Part shown: one piece after another, positions 23,793-36,289 of the stretch
Layout: the number at the start of each line of letters is the position of its first letter
Numbering within the stretch: position 1 is the first letter of the stretch
Assembly (NCBI RefSeq): GCF_001194135.2
Contig: NC_068990.1
Span: 81,882,098 to 81,944,957 of the forward strand
DNA: 62,860 nt
From: Octopus bimaculoides
Taxonomy: Eukaryota
Reading direction: 5' to 3'
Made by a program: the position numbers and the translations under genes
Notes under the pieces: generated by a model
Databases searched by the model: none
What the model saw: the letters and a program-made list of their open reading frames with translations, nothing else
Told to the model about the DNA's origin: nothing

Positions 23793-25394
23793 GTTCTCTC
23801 TCTCTCGCTCTCTCTCTCTGTGCATCCACTGCTGTAATGTAATGAGCACAATATTAACATTCCTATAGTTTATATAATTAATTACTTAGGCAATTGTAGG
23901 CTTCAAAACAGCTAATGCTTATATATATANNNNNNNNNNNNNNATATATATGGATAGATAGATAGATAGACAAGGAGGAGAATAATTTAAAACACTTATG
24001 CAAAATAAATTCTCTACAACCCAATCTTTTGTTGCACACTTGTTAAGTTAATTTATCTTCAAGTGTTTGATTTTGTTTATCATGTTAATATCATCTTTCT
24101 CTTGTTATTGGTCATCAAGTTATGTTAACCTTACTATTCAACAGAGAGACTGCAATTTATTGTAACATATAGTCTTGTCTTGTTAGAAATAGCAGTCAAA
24201 TCTCCTATCATTTAAAAAGAAAAACACATTGGATAATATAGTTCTAAATACCTTTTAAAAAATTAAAATTGTTGCAGGTAGAATGCATCTGATCATTGGC
24301 CTGCTAGATTAGAGTTAAACTGCAGTTAAATAACATTACTTCACTTGCAAAAGCTGTTAGTTTAACATAATATCGTTTCATTCTTTTACTGGTTTTAATA
24401 TCTGACTAGCCATGCTGGAGCACCTTATAGAGGGTCTTTACGCAATTAGTGAGCAGTGGCTATGTTGATTACATGTTTCCAACAAATCAGTCATTGCTTT
24501 ATTGCATTTACTTTGGTGAGAGTGATAAGGGAGTGTCTGAACAACACAGGCAGAACAAATGCATCACAGTATTTTAGTCTGAAAGCACCTCTTATCGACT
24601 TCTCTCATTGATGTTTATGTCTTCTGATATAACAACGAAACAGACACACACATTACACACATTTATGATGAGCTTTTACTCAGTTACCATTTACAGAATT
24701 CCACTTGCAAAGATTTGGTTGATCCAAGACACTATTTGCATAAGGTATGCGCAGTGGAATTGAAACCAAACCTCATAGCCTTGTTTGTACCCAATACTTG
24801 TTCACTGGTGCTTATTTTGAAAGGTAAAAGCTGACCATGGGATTCTTTTATGCGTTCCAGCCCAAAAGGCTGTGGCCATACTGGGCCACCATCATTAAAA
24901 TAAAGCTTACTAAATAGTGAAGTTAGGTTGGGCTTGTCTGGGATATTGAATTGTTTTAAATTTTCATGCCGTCTTTGTTATTAGAAAATTGAATCTGTCA
25001 TCAAAGTAACACATACAAACCAATAAGTTTACTGCACATGTAAGCTAAGCAATGTTTTGTGTATAGCGCTAAGTTGCAGTCTCTCTAGAATGGTGAGGTT
25101 AGACTGATCTTAATGATGGTTAACCAAAACTATGTCATTTTTATGAGAATTTTTGGGATGTACCCCACTCCACCACTATGATTCATTCCACAGCAAGACT
25201 ATATATGTTTTTAATATATATATATATATAAATATAAATATACTTTGTCATATACTGAATTGTTTATAATCCTAAGGACTATTTTATCGTTTGAATTCTC
25301 ATTTTATTTAATCATTACTAAGCTGGTGTTTTGATAAGTGCATGGAGCAGTGCAAGCATGCACAGACAGATTCATGCTTTCTTGTGTGTGTAGT

Positions 25395-25410
25395 ATATGT
25401 GATTAATATA

Positions 25411-25506
<96 letters not shown>

Positions 25507-25592
25507 TACATATATACATATATGTATATATATGTGCATATATATACACACACACACAAACACAAACATACACACATCCATTCATATATACA

Positions 25593-25638
<46 letters not shown>

Positions 25639-25720
25639 TATATATGTGTATATATATGTACATACACACACACATACATATGCCCACATACTAATATATA
25701 CATATACACATACATACATA
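25395..25720. repeat. Long (TA)n tract (~80 bp uninterrupted) with flanking compound CA/TA repeats; followed by (CT)n at ~25820-25920
   Basis: Directly visible. Confidence 0.97.
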
Positions 25721-26444
25721 TATTATTTGCAAAGTTTGGAATATTTTTTCCTTTGTTTGCTTTTATTCTTCGTTTTGTTTACTTTTCCAGTCTTGTAAGG
25801 TACCCTGGTTTTTTTCCCTTCTCTCTCTTTCTCTCACTCTCTTTCTCTCTCTCTCACTCTCTCTCTCTCTCTCACTCTCTCTCTCTCTCTCTTTCTTTCT
25901 TTCTCTCTCTCTCTCTCTTTCTACTGGACCCTTCCATTTTATCATGACTTTTTCTTTTTTACCATTCATGTCACCTCCTCCAGCCCAGAGAAATAAAAGT
26001 GAGTACTTAAACTGCCATTGTTTTCTGCTTTAGACTCTGTTCTGTTCTGGGTCACTCTGTCCACTGTTACTACTACTACTACTACTACTACTACTTATAA
26101 ACACCACCATCACCACCACTTCTTTTCAAGTCCACAGGTGGTCCTCCATTTCATGTCTTTATCACAGCCCTATTACTACTGCTGCTGCTACTTGCTATTG
26201 ACCACTATCTTTGTGGCTCTTTTGTTCTTAAACATCTGCCTATTTGCTGTATACTGCCACCATCTTTTAATTTTCCATCTTCTCTATTAATGTTTCTTCA
26301 TATTTTCATCAAACTCTCAGCACAAATGCAGCCCAGCATGACTACAATACACCTTTTATATCTATATATATCTATATATATCTATATATATATCTCTCCA
26401 TCTTCAGACAGTTTTTGTTTTCATTTTTATTAAATTCTTTTCAG

Positions 26445-26632
26445 TTCCAGCAGGAACTAAAGCTAAAGCCAGCACCACTGATCCTTCCACACATAATAAT
26501 CAGAAAGCTATCTCCTTATTATATCTGACACATACTACAAAATGCCAGTACATAGGAATTCCACAGATCTGCTGTATTATCACTAAATCTCATTTCTTAT
26601 CTTTTGTTTTCCTAAAGCTATATGGGATATAA
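26445..26632 (+). CDS. Candidate downstream terminal exon (62 codons + stop), in phase with the FN3 exon
   Basis: Strong acceptor tttcatttttattaaattcttttcag| at 26444/26445. The phase-1 reading is VPAGTKAKASTTDPSTHNNQKAISLLYLTHTTKCQYIGIPQICCIITKSHFLSFVFLKLYGI*. AATAAA occurs at 26719. No homology recognised; could be chance. Confidence 0.25.
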
Positions 26633-28199
26633 ATGGACATAAAATGATGATGGATGGATATCATAATTAGATTAGTCTTCTGTAGATCTACTTTGGGAAG
26701 ACTTAATTACAAACGTAGAATAAAAAAAAAGTTTCACCTTTTTGATCAAAAGACCATCCCTTTTTAAATGTTTACATTTCTATCATAATTTTATAGAGAA
26801 ACCTTTTACTGAATCATGTCCCAGACACCATGTTATACATTGGAACAGTTATTTTACTAAAGTTGTCAAACACATGGATAATATATTTTAGGTGTATCTT
26901 CTTAAAATATTAAAATCTTTGATGAAGTATTGTTGAAGTAAGACTTAGGATTAAAACTGTAGAATTAAGTTTCTATTTATTTGTTCAAAATGTCTTTTCC
27001 TTCAACAAAAATGTTCATTTTGTGATCATTGTTATAACAATCTTCACATTGTGTGAGTTGATGCCTTCTAGATTTTTGTTTTTCTTTAGGTAATCATATG
27101 TCACAGGAGACATCATAGTATCACCTTCCAAGCCAGATTGTATTTGGACAAAGGTTTTATATCTATTGTATAGTTACTGTAAAGCAGCTATTTCATTAAG
27201 AAATGTAAATGCTGTTTGGAATATTAGGCAGTTCTCAAAAGGAAAAAAAAATCTTCTTTTTCTCAGTCCATGATTCAGTTACCTTACTGTTCATACTGAT
27301 GGTTCTCATTTGCTTGCAGTTCCCCGTAAATATATGAAGTGTGACACAATCTTTGTTAGCAAAAGGCTTATTCAAAGAGTGTTGTTTGTTTCCAGTTTTC
27401 CACATAACTGCATCCTAGCAGTGTGTTGTTTGATAGACTGGGAGATTACCATACTTGGAAACAAGTGAACCTTGGTACCAAGAATGTCATCTAGCTATCT
27501 GCTTCAACCTACTCTGAAACATGTAAAGCAGATGTTAAAACAAATGATCATGTATGTGTGTGTAATAAGTACATGAATAAATAAATGTAGATAGGTAGAT
27601 AGAAAGGAGGTCAGCTTCAACTGTCATCCTTCCAGAGTTGATAAATGAAGTACCAGTTCAGGTCAGTGGTTTGGGCTAATTGTCATAGAGCAGGAGATGA
27701 AGAATTTTGCTGTATCTGTTCCAGCTCTTGGCATTGTGGGTTCAAGTTCCACCTAGGCATTCAAATACCTCTAATGACCATTCTCTTCCTGAGAGAATAT
27801 GTCATGCTAGGCTGCAGCACTAGCATCTCTTTACAATTGAGCATGCTTCCCTTCGTCTCAGTGTAGCTGTACCATAGTTACAGGGACTTCCAAACTTATT
27901 CGTGAGTGGGCACAGTGTTTCAGAAACCTTGGAAGAATCTTTAACAGCAAGTAAAGTATTACTGATGCATATAAGTTATGTCTCCACTAACTGGGGATTT
28001 AAATCTATTACTCTTGATTAGATGTGATGTATTTTTCCCCTTTACAAATTTTAGTTTTATAACTGCTGTAGATAGTACCTGGAGTTGTTCTAATCCCTCC
28101 TAGGCTGTGGTACAGTGAGTCATATGGACCAGATTAGTATTGTTAATGTTTAATATGGGGTTGTAGAATTTAGTGATTGGAGGAAGTACATAGGTATTG

Positions 28200-28310
28200 T
28201 TAATCTGAGAGAAATCCAAGGTTCAGTTTAGATGCTATGGACTGGTCATGTTCTGCGTTGATAACTCTCAGGCAAAGGGAGAATTCCCAGGAAACTTTGA
28301 TAAGATCACT
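28200..28310 (+). mobile_element. Small LINE (RTE-like) ORF2 C-terminal remnant
   Basis: tgg act ggt cat gtt ctg cgt = WTGHVLR at 28238, matching the W-x-GHV-x-R motif of RTE-type ORF2 C-termini. Confidence 0.4.
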
Positions 28311-28411
28311 CCTTACAGTAATTTGAATTTATTGATTTCTATGAACTGTTCTGAAAGAAAGGTGATAATGGCAGTAGAGGTGATGATAACATTAGTTAGT
28401 TGAATGGTATA

Positions 28412-28455
<44 letters not shown>

Positions 28456-28465
28456 NNNNNNNNNN

Positions 28466-28510
<45 letters not shown>

Positions 28511-28737
28511 GTTTGCCAATTTTAGGGAAGCAGAGACTGTAGAAATGGTTCAGGAGATAGAATTATGTCATGTCCTTATGTTTTCTCTCTAAGTACTAAT
28601 TATTTTCTCCTGAAATATGTAGTAGAATATGAGTACCATCTTGCATTCAACTATTTGCTTATGGCTGTACTGGGCTAGTAACCCCATCCTTTTTTGTGTG
28701 ACTCTGTTTATACCATTTGTTTTCTCAGAAAAAATGC

Positions 28738-29125
28738 ATAGATAGGTGTGGCAGTGTGCTAAGAAATTTGCTTGCCAACCACTTGGTTCTAGGCTCAATT
28801 CAACTGTGTGCCACCTTGGGCAAGTGTTTTTTTACTATAGCCTTGGGCTAGCCAAAGCCTTGTGAGTGGATTTGGCAGACGGAAACTGAAAGCAGCCCAT
28901 TGTATGTCTATGTGTTTGTTTCCCCCCTCCCCACTAATGCTTGACAATCAGTGTTGGTGTGTTTACGTCCCCACAACAGTAGTTTAGCAAAAGAGACTGA
29001 TAGAATAAGTACTAGGCTTACAAAAAGCCAAGAACTGAGGTCAGTTCATTCGACTAAGATTCTTCAACAGTGCCCCTGCATGGCCACAGTCTAATGATAA
29101 AGGAAGAGGTAAAGTAAAAGATAAA
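28738..29125 (+). mobile_element. SINE family A, older full-length copy
   Basis: ccttgggcaagtg...gccttgtgagtggatttggcagacggaaactgaaag...gatagaataagtactaggcttac...catggccacagtc. Confidence 0.9.
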
Positions 29126-29634
29126 GGAAGAGATAAGACAACAGTATGATGAGAGGAAAGAGGAAGGTGATGATAATAATAATAATAATAAATAATAATA
29201 ATAACAATAACAATGAAGGGGGAAGAAATATTAATAACAGAGAAATAACAATTTCTAAGCCTATGTTTCGTCTGTAAAGATTATTTAAAATATAAGATGA
29301 CTGTTTTGATCAGTGATATATTATGGTTTGTTCATAAATTGGATGTTAGATAATACCTTTACCATATTATACCTTAAGAATTATATCTTTAGCAGAAGCT
29401 TAAACCATAAACCTGTTTGTATCCAAATTCAGTTTGTTGTTTTGCACCTATCTACTGTTTTAGTTATGGAGATTTCTCTTCAACTAAATGATAGCTGACC
29501 ATGGCTCTTCTATATCTTGTTGGTCTGTACTATTCACTTTCAAATGAGGCAGTCATTTTGTCCTATGTGTCAAAAGTTAATTTATTTCTACATGAAAATT
29601 GGCTAATTGATTCAGACTATATCTGCCAAATGTG

Positions 29635-29905
29635 AAGGCACGTGGCCTAGTGGTTAGGCTGTCGCTCTCATGGTTGCTAGATCATGGGTTCGATTCCCAG
29701 ACTGGGCCCGCGTGTTGTGTTCTTGAGCAAAACACTTTATTTCACATTGCTTTAGCCTTCCCCCCTTTTTGATCAGGTGGGGACTGTTGGCCTGCTTGCA
29801 TAGCCAGTGGAGTGGTGTCATCATTCAAAGGCTAAAATGCAGCAAAACCATCGTGACCAGTGATGTGTAACAACATCTGATAGTCTGGTTGATCACGTAA
29901 CACCT
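29635..29905 (+). mobile_element. tRNA-derived SINE (distinct family) with intact Pol III boxes and CORE-like segment
   Basis: A box TGGCCTAGTGG at 29643, B box GGTTCGATTCC at 29687, followed by gtgttcttgagcaaaacactttatttcacattgct (CORE-like). No tRNA 3' acceptor stem. Confidence 0.85.
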
Positions 29906-30504
29906 GCAAAATAATCCCCCCCCACACACACACACACACGCCCACACATCAATTAGCTTCAAATAGAAAACTTCAAATTCACACTGTCAGTGCCTATGGC
30001 TCTTAGCTTACCATCAATTCTCTAAGCTATTGTTATTTTCAGTATTTGAAACTGTGTCTTCTGCTTATATATATATTTGTTGTGTTCTTTATGCTCTTAT
30101 GTATATACAAATGCTTAACTATTTGCTCTTGTACTTATTCTGTGTTATAGTTTGCTTACTTTAGGGTGTTATTAATCAGAAACATTGCTGACATCCTTTT
30201 TCAGAATTTCATATATTTTTAACAAATGTTTTTGGAATTTATTATGTTAATGAACTAGGGGGAGAAAAAAAAAAAGGAAAGAAAATAGATTGTTGTAATT
30301 TCAGTTCTTTCTAATTACTACCTTAATAAAGTGGTTGTTTAATAATCTTAAGATGAAAGTTTCAACTAATCCAGTGAATATAGGTGTTGATATAATTTAT
30401 TTTGTCAGTGTTCCACTATTGGACTGGAAACACTCGTGTTTTTAAATTTAATTGAATAGTTTTGATAGTCATCTCACTCACTGTGGGAATTTACTAATTT
30501 TTAA

Positions 30505-30733
30505 CCTTTCTGTGACCATATTTCTTATAAAATACTCGTCTGTGTATTCTGACTAATTTTTAAAATAATTAAAAATTTGAAGGGATAACTAACTTTTTCC
30601 TTAATAAGCTGACATTTGAAGCATAACTTAAAGGGTTCTTAAATAAAGTCATGATGGAAAGCTTTCATTTTCTTTCTTATGAGAAAATCTCATAGAACCA
30701 GAGGCAGTCTTGAGTAAATTATTATAAAAAGAG
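30505..30733. mobile_element. TTAA-target MITE, family 2, with both TSDs
   Basis: ttaa|cctttctgtgacca ... ataaaaagag|ttaa. Confidence 0.8.
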
Positions 30734-32427
30734 TTAATATTATCTATATTTTTTAATGTGAAACATAGACAAAAAGAAACTTTTTTTAAAAAAATTTTCC
30801 CCATTCTTTGTATCTTCAGTGTTTTGATTTTAATGACTTCTGTATGATTTTGTCAGTAATACGACCAATTTAGGAGCAGTAGTCTTGTTTACACTCAGTT
30901 TAATGTATGAAACCAAATGCTATTTAAGCGTGTTTGGCTGTACAAGTTTCCTCTGTTATTCAACAGTGTTGTCCTTGTTCCTGGGTTTTCTGATAACAAA
31001 TATTGAACTTGTAATTTTAAACTCTTTACGAAACATTAGTCTCTTTTGAGTAACATTTTATATCATTGAGCTTCTGCTATTGAACAAAATCACCCTCAGA
31101 TTCCACTTCCATTGCCTTAAAAGGTGAGACAAAGACGTTAGAAAAAATTATCCTGGATCCTAAAGAAGACAGGGATGTTATAACTGGCTTACTTTCGATC
31201 ACAAGTTTGCTCAGTCTGGCCAATTTGGAGGTTAACCAATAGTAGCTTGAAGACAGGAATTATTTTGACATCTTTTGAGTCAATCCAATACTTGTTTCTA
31301 ACACATTCTTCATACTAATAATAATGAGGCTTTCTAACATTGGCACAAAACCATATGATTTTGAGGAGAGTGCAGTCTTTTATATTGCACACACACAGAC
31401 ATCACCAGGTCTTCAATGGTACTTGTAATTGATCTTGGAAGGATGAAAATGTATTTGACGAAAAGACGAAAAGGCATTTTTGTTTAGCCACTAATTCTAC
31501 CATATACATTTCTTAGTAAACCTTTACCCATTACTGTTGTTGCCATAATAAAAACTCATGTTGTAGAATCTGTTTTGGTTATTTTACATTTTCCAACTTC
31601 AAAACATTGTGTAGTTTTACTGGTCATATAAGTATGAAAGGAATAGTTCTAAGTACCAGTAAAATACTGAGGTACTGTGATATCGGGAAACACAAGGTTA
31701 TGTAGTCTTGATTACAAGTTTACTGGCTTTGAGCCACTACTGTACACTTCTGCTATGTTATACATATTGCCTGAAGTTAACTTTGGTCATAAGATATGTA
31801 GTTTACAGCTAAATATTCAAATTATCTTAAGGTACCTTTGACCATTTCTGCTAAATATACAAATTACCTTGAAGTCATTACAGAAAACCTCTTTAAAAGT
31901 TACTATTAGATTATCACTAGTCATTCCTATTAGATATAAAGATTATTGCTTGATTACTCCTGATCATCCCTGACGAGTATACAGGTTAACTATACATAAT
32001 CATTGAACAAGATATACAAATTCCAGGAAAGTTGGCGCTATCATGGATACACGGGTTACTTTAAATCACCTTTTACTCTCTCTGCAAGGTATTTTCTCAC
32101 TTGGTTATCCCTACTAGGTATACAAGTTGTCATTAGGTCTTCACTGATGGCCATTCCCACCACATGTACAAACATGTTACATGTTACTGGTCAACAACTT
32201 GGATCATCACTACCAAATGTATACACAGCCCATCGTGAGGTCAATATGGGTCACCATTACCACTGATGTTCATACATGTTATTAGATCAACATTGAGTAC
32301 CATCTCCATCAGCTCTACATGCATGTTACTCTGATAGGTCAACAATGATCTTTACCAGCAGATATACATTACATTTTACTGCTTAGTCAGCATTGATTAC
32401 TACTAGTTGTACGTACTATACTTCTAA

Positions 32428-32644
32428 TTTCTTTATTGCCCACAAGGGGCTAAACATAGAGGGGACAAACAAAGGGATTAAGTCAATTACATTGATCTTA
32501 GTGCGTAACTGGTACTTAATTTCTCGACCCCGAAAGGATGAAAGGCAAGGTCGACCTCGGCGGAATTTGAACTCAGAACTTAACGGCAGACAAAATACTG
32601 CTAAGCATTTCGCCCGGTGTGCTAACGATTCTGCCAGCTCGCCG
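32428..32644 (-). mobile_element. Young full-length SINE family B
   Basis: The minus strand reads cggcgagctggcagaatcgttagcacaccgggcgaaatgc...gagttcaaattccgccgaggtcgaccttgcctttcatcctttcggggtcgag...; A/B-box-like motifs and CpGs are retained. Confidence 0.93.
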
Positions 32645-33276
32645 TACTATACTTCTAGGTCAACCTTGTTCTTCATCGCCACCAAATATATAGTTTGCTG
32701 CTATGTCAGTATTGTGTATTATCCCCATTTAATGTACATACAGATTAGTATTAGATTAGTATTAATCACCGTTTCTATGAGTTGTTGGTTGGTTAGCACT
32801 ACTCATTCCTCCCTGATATCTAGGTTTTCTTACTACCTGAAAAATATTTAAAAGTTTTGTTTCAATTCTAGTCTCAATTCAGTTTTTATCTAACAGATTT
32901 AGATTTTTAATTAAATACATTCCAACCATGAACACCTTGTCTTTTCCTGTATGTAGTATTGCATTGTCCAATGTGTCCTTCCTTTTATAAGATGGTAGCA
33001 TGTGGTTTTAGGATAACTTGACTGCTAATGTGTAAAATAACAGCACCCTCAGAAATAAAGTCCACTATAATGGCTGATCCAATGAAATATATGTCTGAGA
33101 AACAAGTGTGTGTGTGTGTGTGTTGTGTCTATGTAAAAGAAATTGTTACTATTGGCAGAATTAGTAGAGGGTAGTATATGTTTCCTTTTATATTCTGAGT
33201 TCAAATCCCATTTTACCTTTCATCCATCCATTGTCTGTAAAATATGTACTAGTAATGCACTAAGGTATTGATCTAA

Positions 33277-33462
33277 GCCTTTAGCATTTAAACCTTCCAG
33301 TCCCAATATTCTCCCTGTTTTATGTTGAAACTGGCCAGATCCACACTCTCACATTCACCCTACAATGTCATTCTAAAAATAAACAATTACATCTTCAAAA
33401 TCTTGAAGCTACAAGATGCTACATTTATTTACATTTGATAAATTAATTGGAATGCTAAAGAG
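33277..33462. mobile_element. TTAA-target (piggyBac-like) MITE, family 1 (reverse orientation to 41221)
   Basis: gcctttagcatttaaa ... aatgctaaagag|ttaa; the interior is the reverse complement of the 41221-41440 copy. Confidence 0.8.
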
Positions 33463-33524
33463 TTAATCAACTGTTTCTTTCTTCAAAAATTAGTGGCAAG
33501 TTCCTCTATTGGGAGAAATCATCA

Positions 33525-33750
33525 TCATCATCATCATCATTTAATATCTGTTTTCCATGCTGGCACAGTTTGCACGATTTGACAAGAACTGGCAAAGCCA
33601 GAGGTCTGCACCAGGTTCCACAGTCTGTTTTGGCTTGGTTTTTATGGCTGGTTTCCCTTCTTAATGCCAACTACTTTACAGAGTGTCCTGATTGCTTTTT
33701 ATGTGGCACCAGCACCCACACCAATGCTTTTTACACAGCACCTTGGTTTT
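33525..33750 (-). mobile_element. RTE-tailed SINE family C (older copy); similar pieces at ~36660-36800, 38700-38770, 61240-61400
   Basis: catcatcatcatttaatatctgttttccatgctggc...atggctggtttcccttcttaatgccaac. Confidence 0.8.
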
Positions 33751-33800
33751 AGGGTTTCAGATTCAAACATATACACACACATACATACATATATATACAT

Positions 33801-33971
33801 ATATACGACGGACTTCTTTCAGTTTCCGTCTACCAAATCCACTCACAAGGCTTTGGTCGGCCCGAGGCTATAGTAGAAGACACTTGCCCAAGGTGCCACG
33901 CAGTGGGAATGAACCCGGAACCATGTGGTTGGTAAGCAAGCTACTTACCACATAGCCACTCCTGCGCCTAT
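33801..33971 (-). mobile_element. Young SINE family A, 5' half only
   Basis: atatacgacggacttctttcagtttccg...cactcctgcgcctat; the 3' half is absent beyond the internal microsatellite. Confidence 0.93.
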
Positions 33972-34199
33972 CATCATTATTATTATTATTATTACTTCCA
34001 TTTCATTTCTCAGAGCTCTTGATTTCACTTGCTCCAGTTAATTCTGTAAGAGCAGACAACAATTTACTGTTAAGGATTTCACAGGTTCGCTTTCCATGAT
34101 GCTTAACATGCAAATACCAAACTCAAAACCCTTGCTTTCCCTAATAGAGCAATTTTCTGAGTATGTTCAACTCCTGTGTCCCCGCTCCCCTCAATTTCT

Positions 34200-34320
34200 C
34201 CAACAAATTTCTCAAATCTTGTTAATGCTACAGATTTCTCAAATGTGTTCGTTAATGCTACAAATTTCCCAAATCTCATTAATACTATAATTTCTCAAAT
34301 CTGGTTGCTAATGCTATTAT
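34200..34320. repeat. Minisatellite, ~4 copies of ~27-30 bp (aaatttctcaaatcttgttaatgctac)
   Basis: Directly visible imperfect tandem units. Confidence 0.88.
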
Positions 34321-34471
34321 TATAATTACTGTTGTTGCTATTACTTCCATATCTTTGGTGCATCAAAACACCAGGAGAAACCATTGATAAAGTCAACAAT
34401 CAAGTAAATTTATGAACATACACAGAACTGAAACGCTTGTATAATCAGATATGGTTGTAACATGAAAATAT

Positions 34472-34519
<48 letters not shown>

Positions 34520-34522
<3 letters not shown>

Positions 34523-34913
34523 TCTTTTACTCTTTTACTTGTTTCAGTCTTTTGACTGTGGCCATGCTGGAGCACCGCCTTTAGTCGAACAAATCAACCC
34601 CAGGACTTATTCTTTGGAAGCCTAGTACTTATTCTATCGGTCTCTTTTGCCGAACCGCTAAGTTACGGGGACGTAAACACACCAGCATTGGTTGTCAAGC
34701 GACGTTGGGGGAACAAACACATACATATATATATATATACATATATACGACTGGCTTCTTTCAGTTTCCGTCTACCAAATCCACACACAAGGCTTTGGTC
34801 GGCCCGAGGATATAGTAGAAGACACTTGCCCAAGGTGCCACGCAGTGGGACAGAACCCGGAACCATGTGGTTGGTAAGCAAACTACTTACCACACAGCCA
34901 CTCCTACGCCTAT
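34520..34913 (-). mobile_element. Full-length young SINE family A
   Basis: From tactcttttactcttttacttg to cactcctacgcctat, CpG-rich and flanked by TA runs. Confidence 0.95.
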
Positions 34914-35423
34914 ATATATATATATGAAACATTTGTGTTTCCATGCTTGCATGGATCAGACGGATCTTGGATAGCTAGGTGCCATTCCCGTCACTACCCC
35001 CTCAGCCATTTCCAAGTAATGTTATATTTCACCATCCCCAGACATGATTATATAGAAGAATCGAAACAAAGAACACCTCTTGCATGATAGTGACACTCAC
35101 TCACTCACCACTAATACGCGAAGTTACCGCAAGGGAACAGTAAAGCAAACATGCACACATGTACATATCAAGTTGATCGTTGGTGTAATCATGATGTTCT
35201 GGTGATCTTGTGAGCTAGCTTTCTTTATTTCCATTGATTTGTAAATATGCAATAGGCCAAGTATACATACTAATGCAAATATGTATGCATAATTTCTTCC
35301 ACACTGAAATTAATACTGCATGAATAAAGTTGTTAAACAGCTGTAATACTAAGGATGTCAGGTGGTTAAATATATATTCATTTTTCATAACTCCTGACTC
35401 TTATGGTTTATATATATTTATAT

Positions 35424-35613
35424 ATAGAGTGTCCACAAATAGATATAATGGCTATCTTGGATTTCTTTGCGTTCACATCAAAGATAGTAAATCACCTGAA
35501 AATAAAAGAAAATATTGTTAGGGAATCTCTGGAGACCATAGTTATCAGTATATTCGAATTACGTTAGATATCATAGTGTCATGAAATCAGGGAGTGTTTT
35601 TGTGGACACCTTG
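35424..35613. mobile_element. Tc1/mariner-type MITE
   Basis: TIR-like ends tatagagtgtccacaaa ... tttgtggacaccttg|ta. Confidence 0.75.
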
Positions 35614-35650
35614 TATATGCTTATATGAATATATATGTATATATTTCTAT

Positions 35651-35866
35651 AGAGGGTGCTGAAAAGTTCCTGGCTTTAAGGGTATTGCGAAAGGCCTGGC
35701 TGGAAGCCCACCCTTCTGAGTTCTTTTACATGGTTTAGAAAAACTGAAGGGCTGCTGCAATAACTGTGTGAATCTGAGAAGAGAATATGTTGAATAAAAT
35801 CATAATTAACTGATCCTCCTGTATTTTCTTTTACCCAAAGCCAGGGACTTTCAAGCATCCCCCCTT
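35651..35866 (+). mobile_element. Mariner-derived MITE / internally deleted element
   Basis: TIRs gagggtgctgaaaagttcctggcttt / aaagccagggactttcaagcatccccc. The interior encodes EKLKGCCNNCVNLRREYVE*, matching the mariner transposase C-terminus (KC...G.YVE). Confidence 0.88.
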
Positions 35867-35944
35867 AAATATGAATATGTATTAACATATGCACATGAAC
35901 ATACCTACCTACATAAATACATACACACACTCACTTATACATAT

Positions 35945-36250
35945 GGTGGGTTTCTTTCAGTTTCTGTCTGCCAAGTCTAATCATAAGTCTTTGGTTGGTC
36001 CTGAGATATAGTAGAAGATGCTTATCCATGTCCGTGCTGTATGTGTGTGTGTGTGTCTTTTATTTTTTTACTTGTTTCAGTCATTTTGACAGAGGCCATG
36101 CTGGAGCACCGCCTTTAGTTGAGCAAATCGTCTTATTCTTTGTAAACCTAGTATTTATTCTATCAGTCTCTTTTGCCATGCCACTAAGTTACGCGGACAC
36201 AAACACAAGCATCGTTTGTCAAGTGATGTTGGGTGGGGACAAACATACAC
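35945..36250 (-). mobile_element. Two SINE family A fragments (35945-36030 and 36060-36250)
   Basis: tttctttcagtttctgtctgccaag... and tttacttgtttcagtcattttgac..ggccatgctggagcaccgcctttag. Confidence 0.85.
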
Positions 36251-36258
36251 ATACATAC

Positions 36259-36289
<31 letters not shown>

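Noticed and set aside
23428-23868. 146-aa ORF
   Set aside because: No recognisable domain or good splice sites; the C-terminal half is translated (CT)n.
29640-29715. tRNA gene candidates (this and other SINE heads)
   Set aside because: A/B boxes are present, but there is no complete cloverleaf and each continues into a SINE body.
32003-32266. 87-aa ORF in relatively GC-balanced unique-looking sequence
   Set aside because: No motif recognised on either strand and no convincing acceptor/donor pair; possibly an old repeat. A BLASTX would settle it.
34200-34320. CRISPR-like appearance of ~27-30 bp repeats (also 19358-19510)
   Set aside because: The units are directly tandem and degenerate with no unique spacers, there are no cas genes, and the context is eukaryotic.
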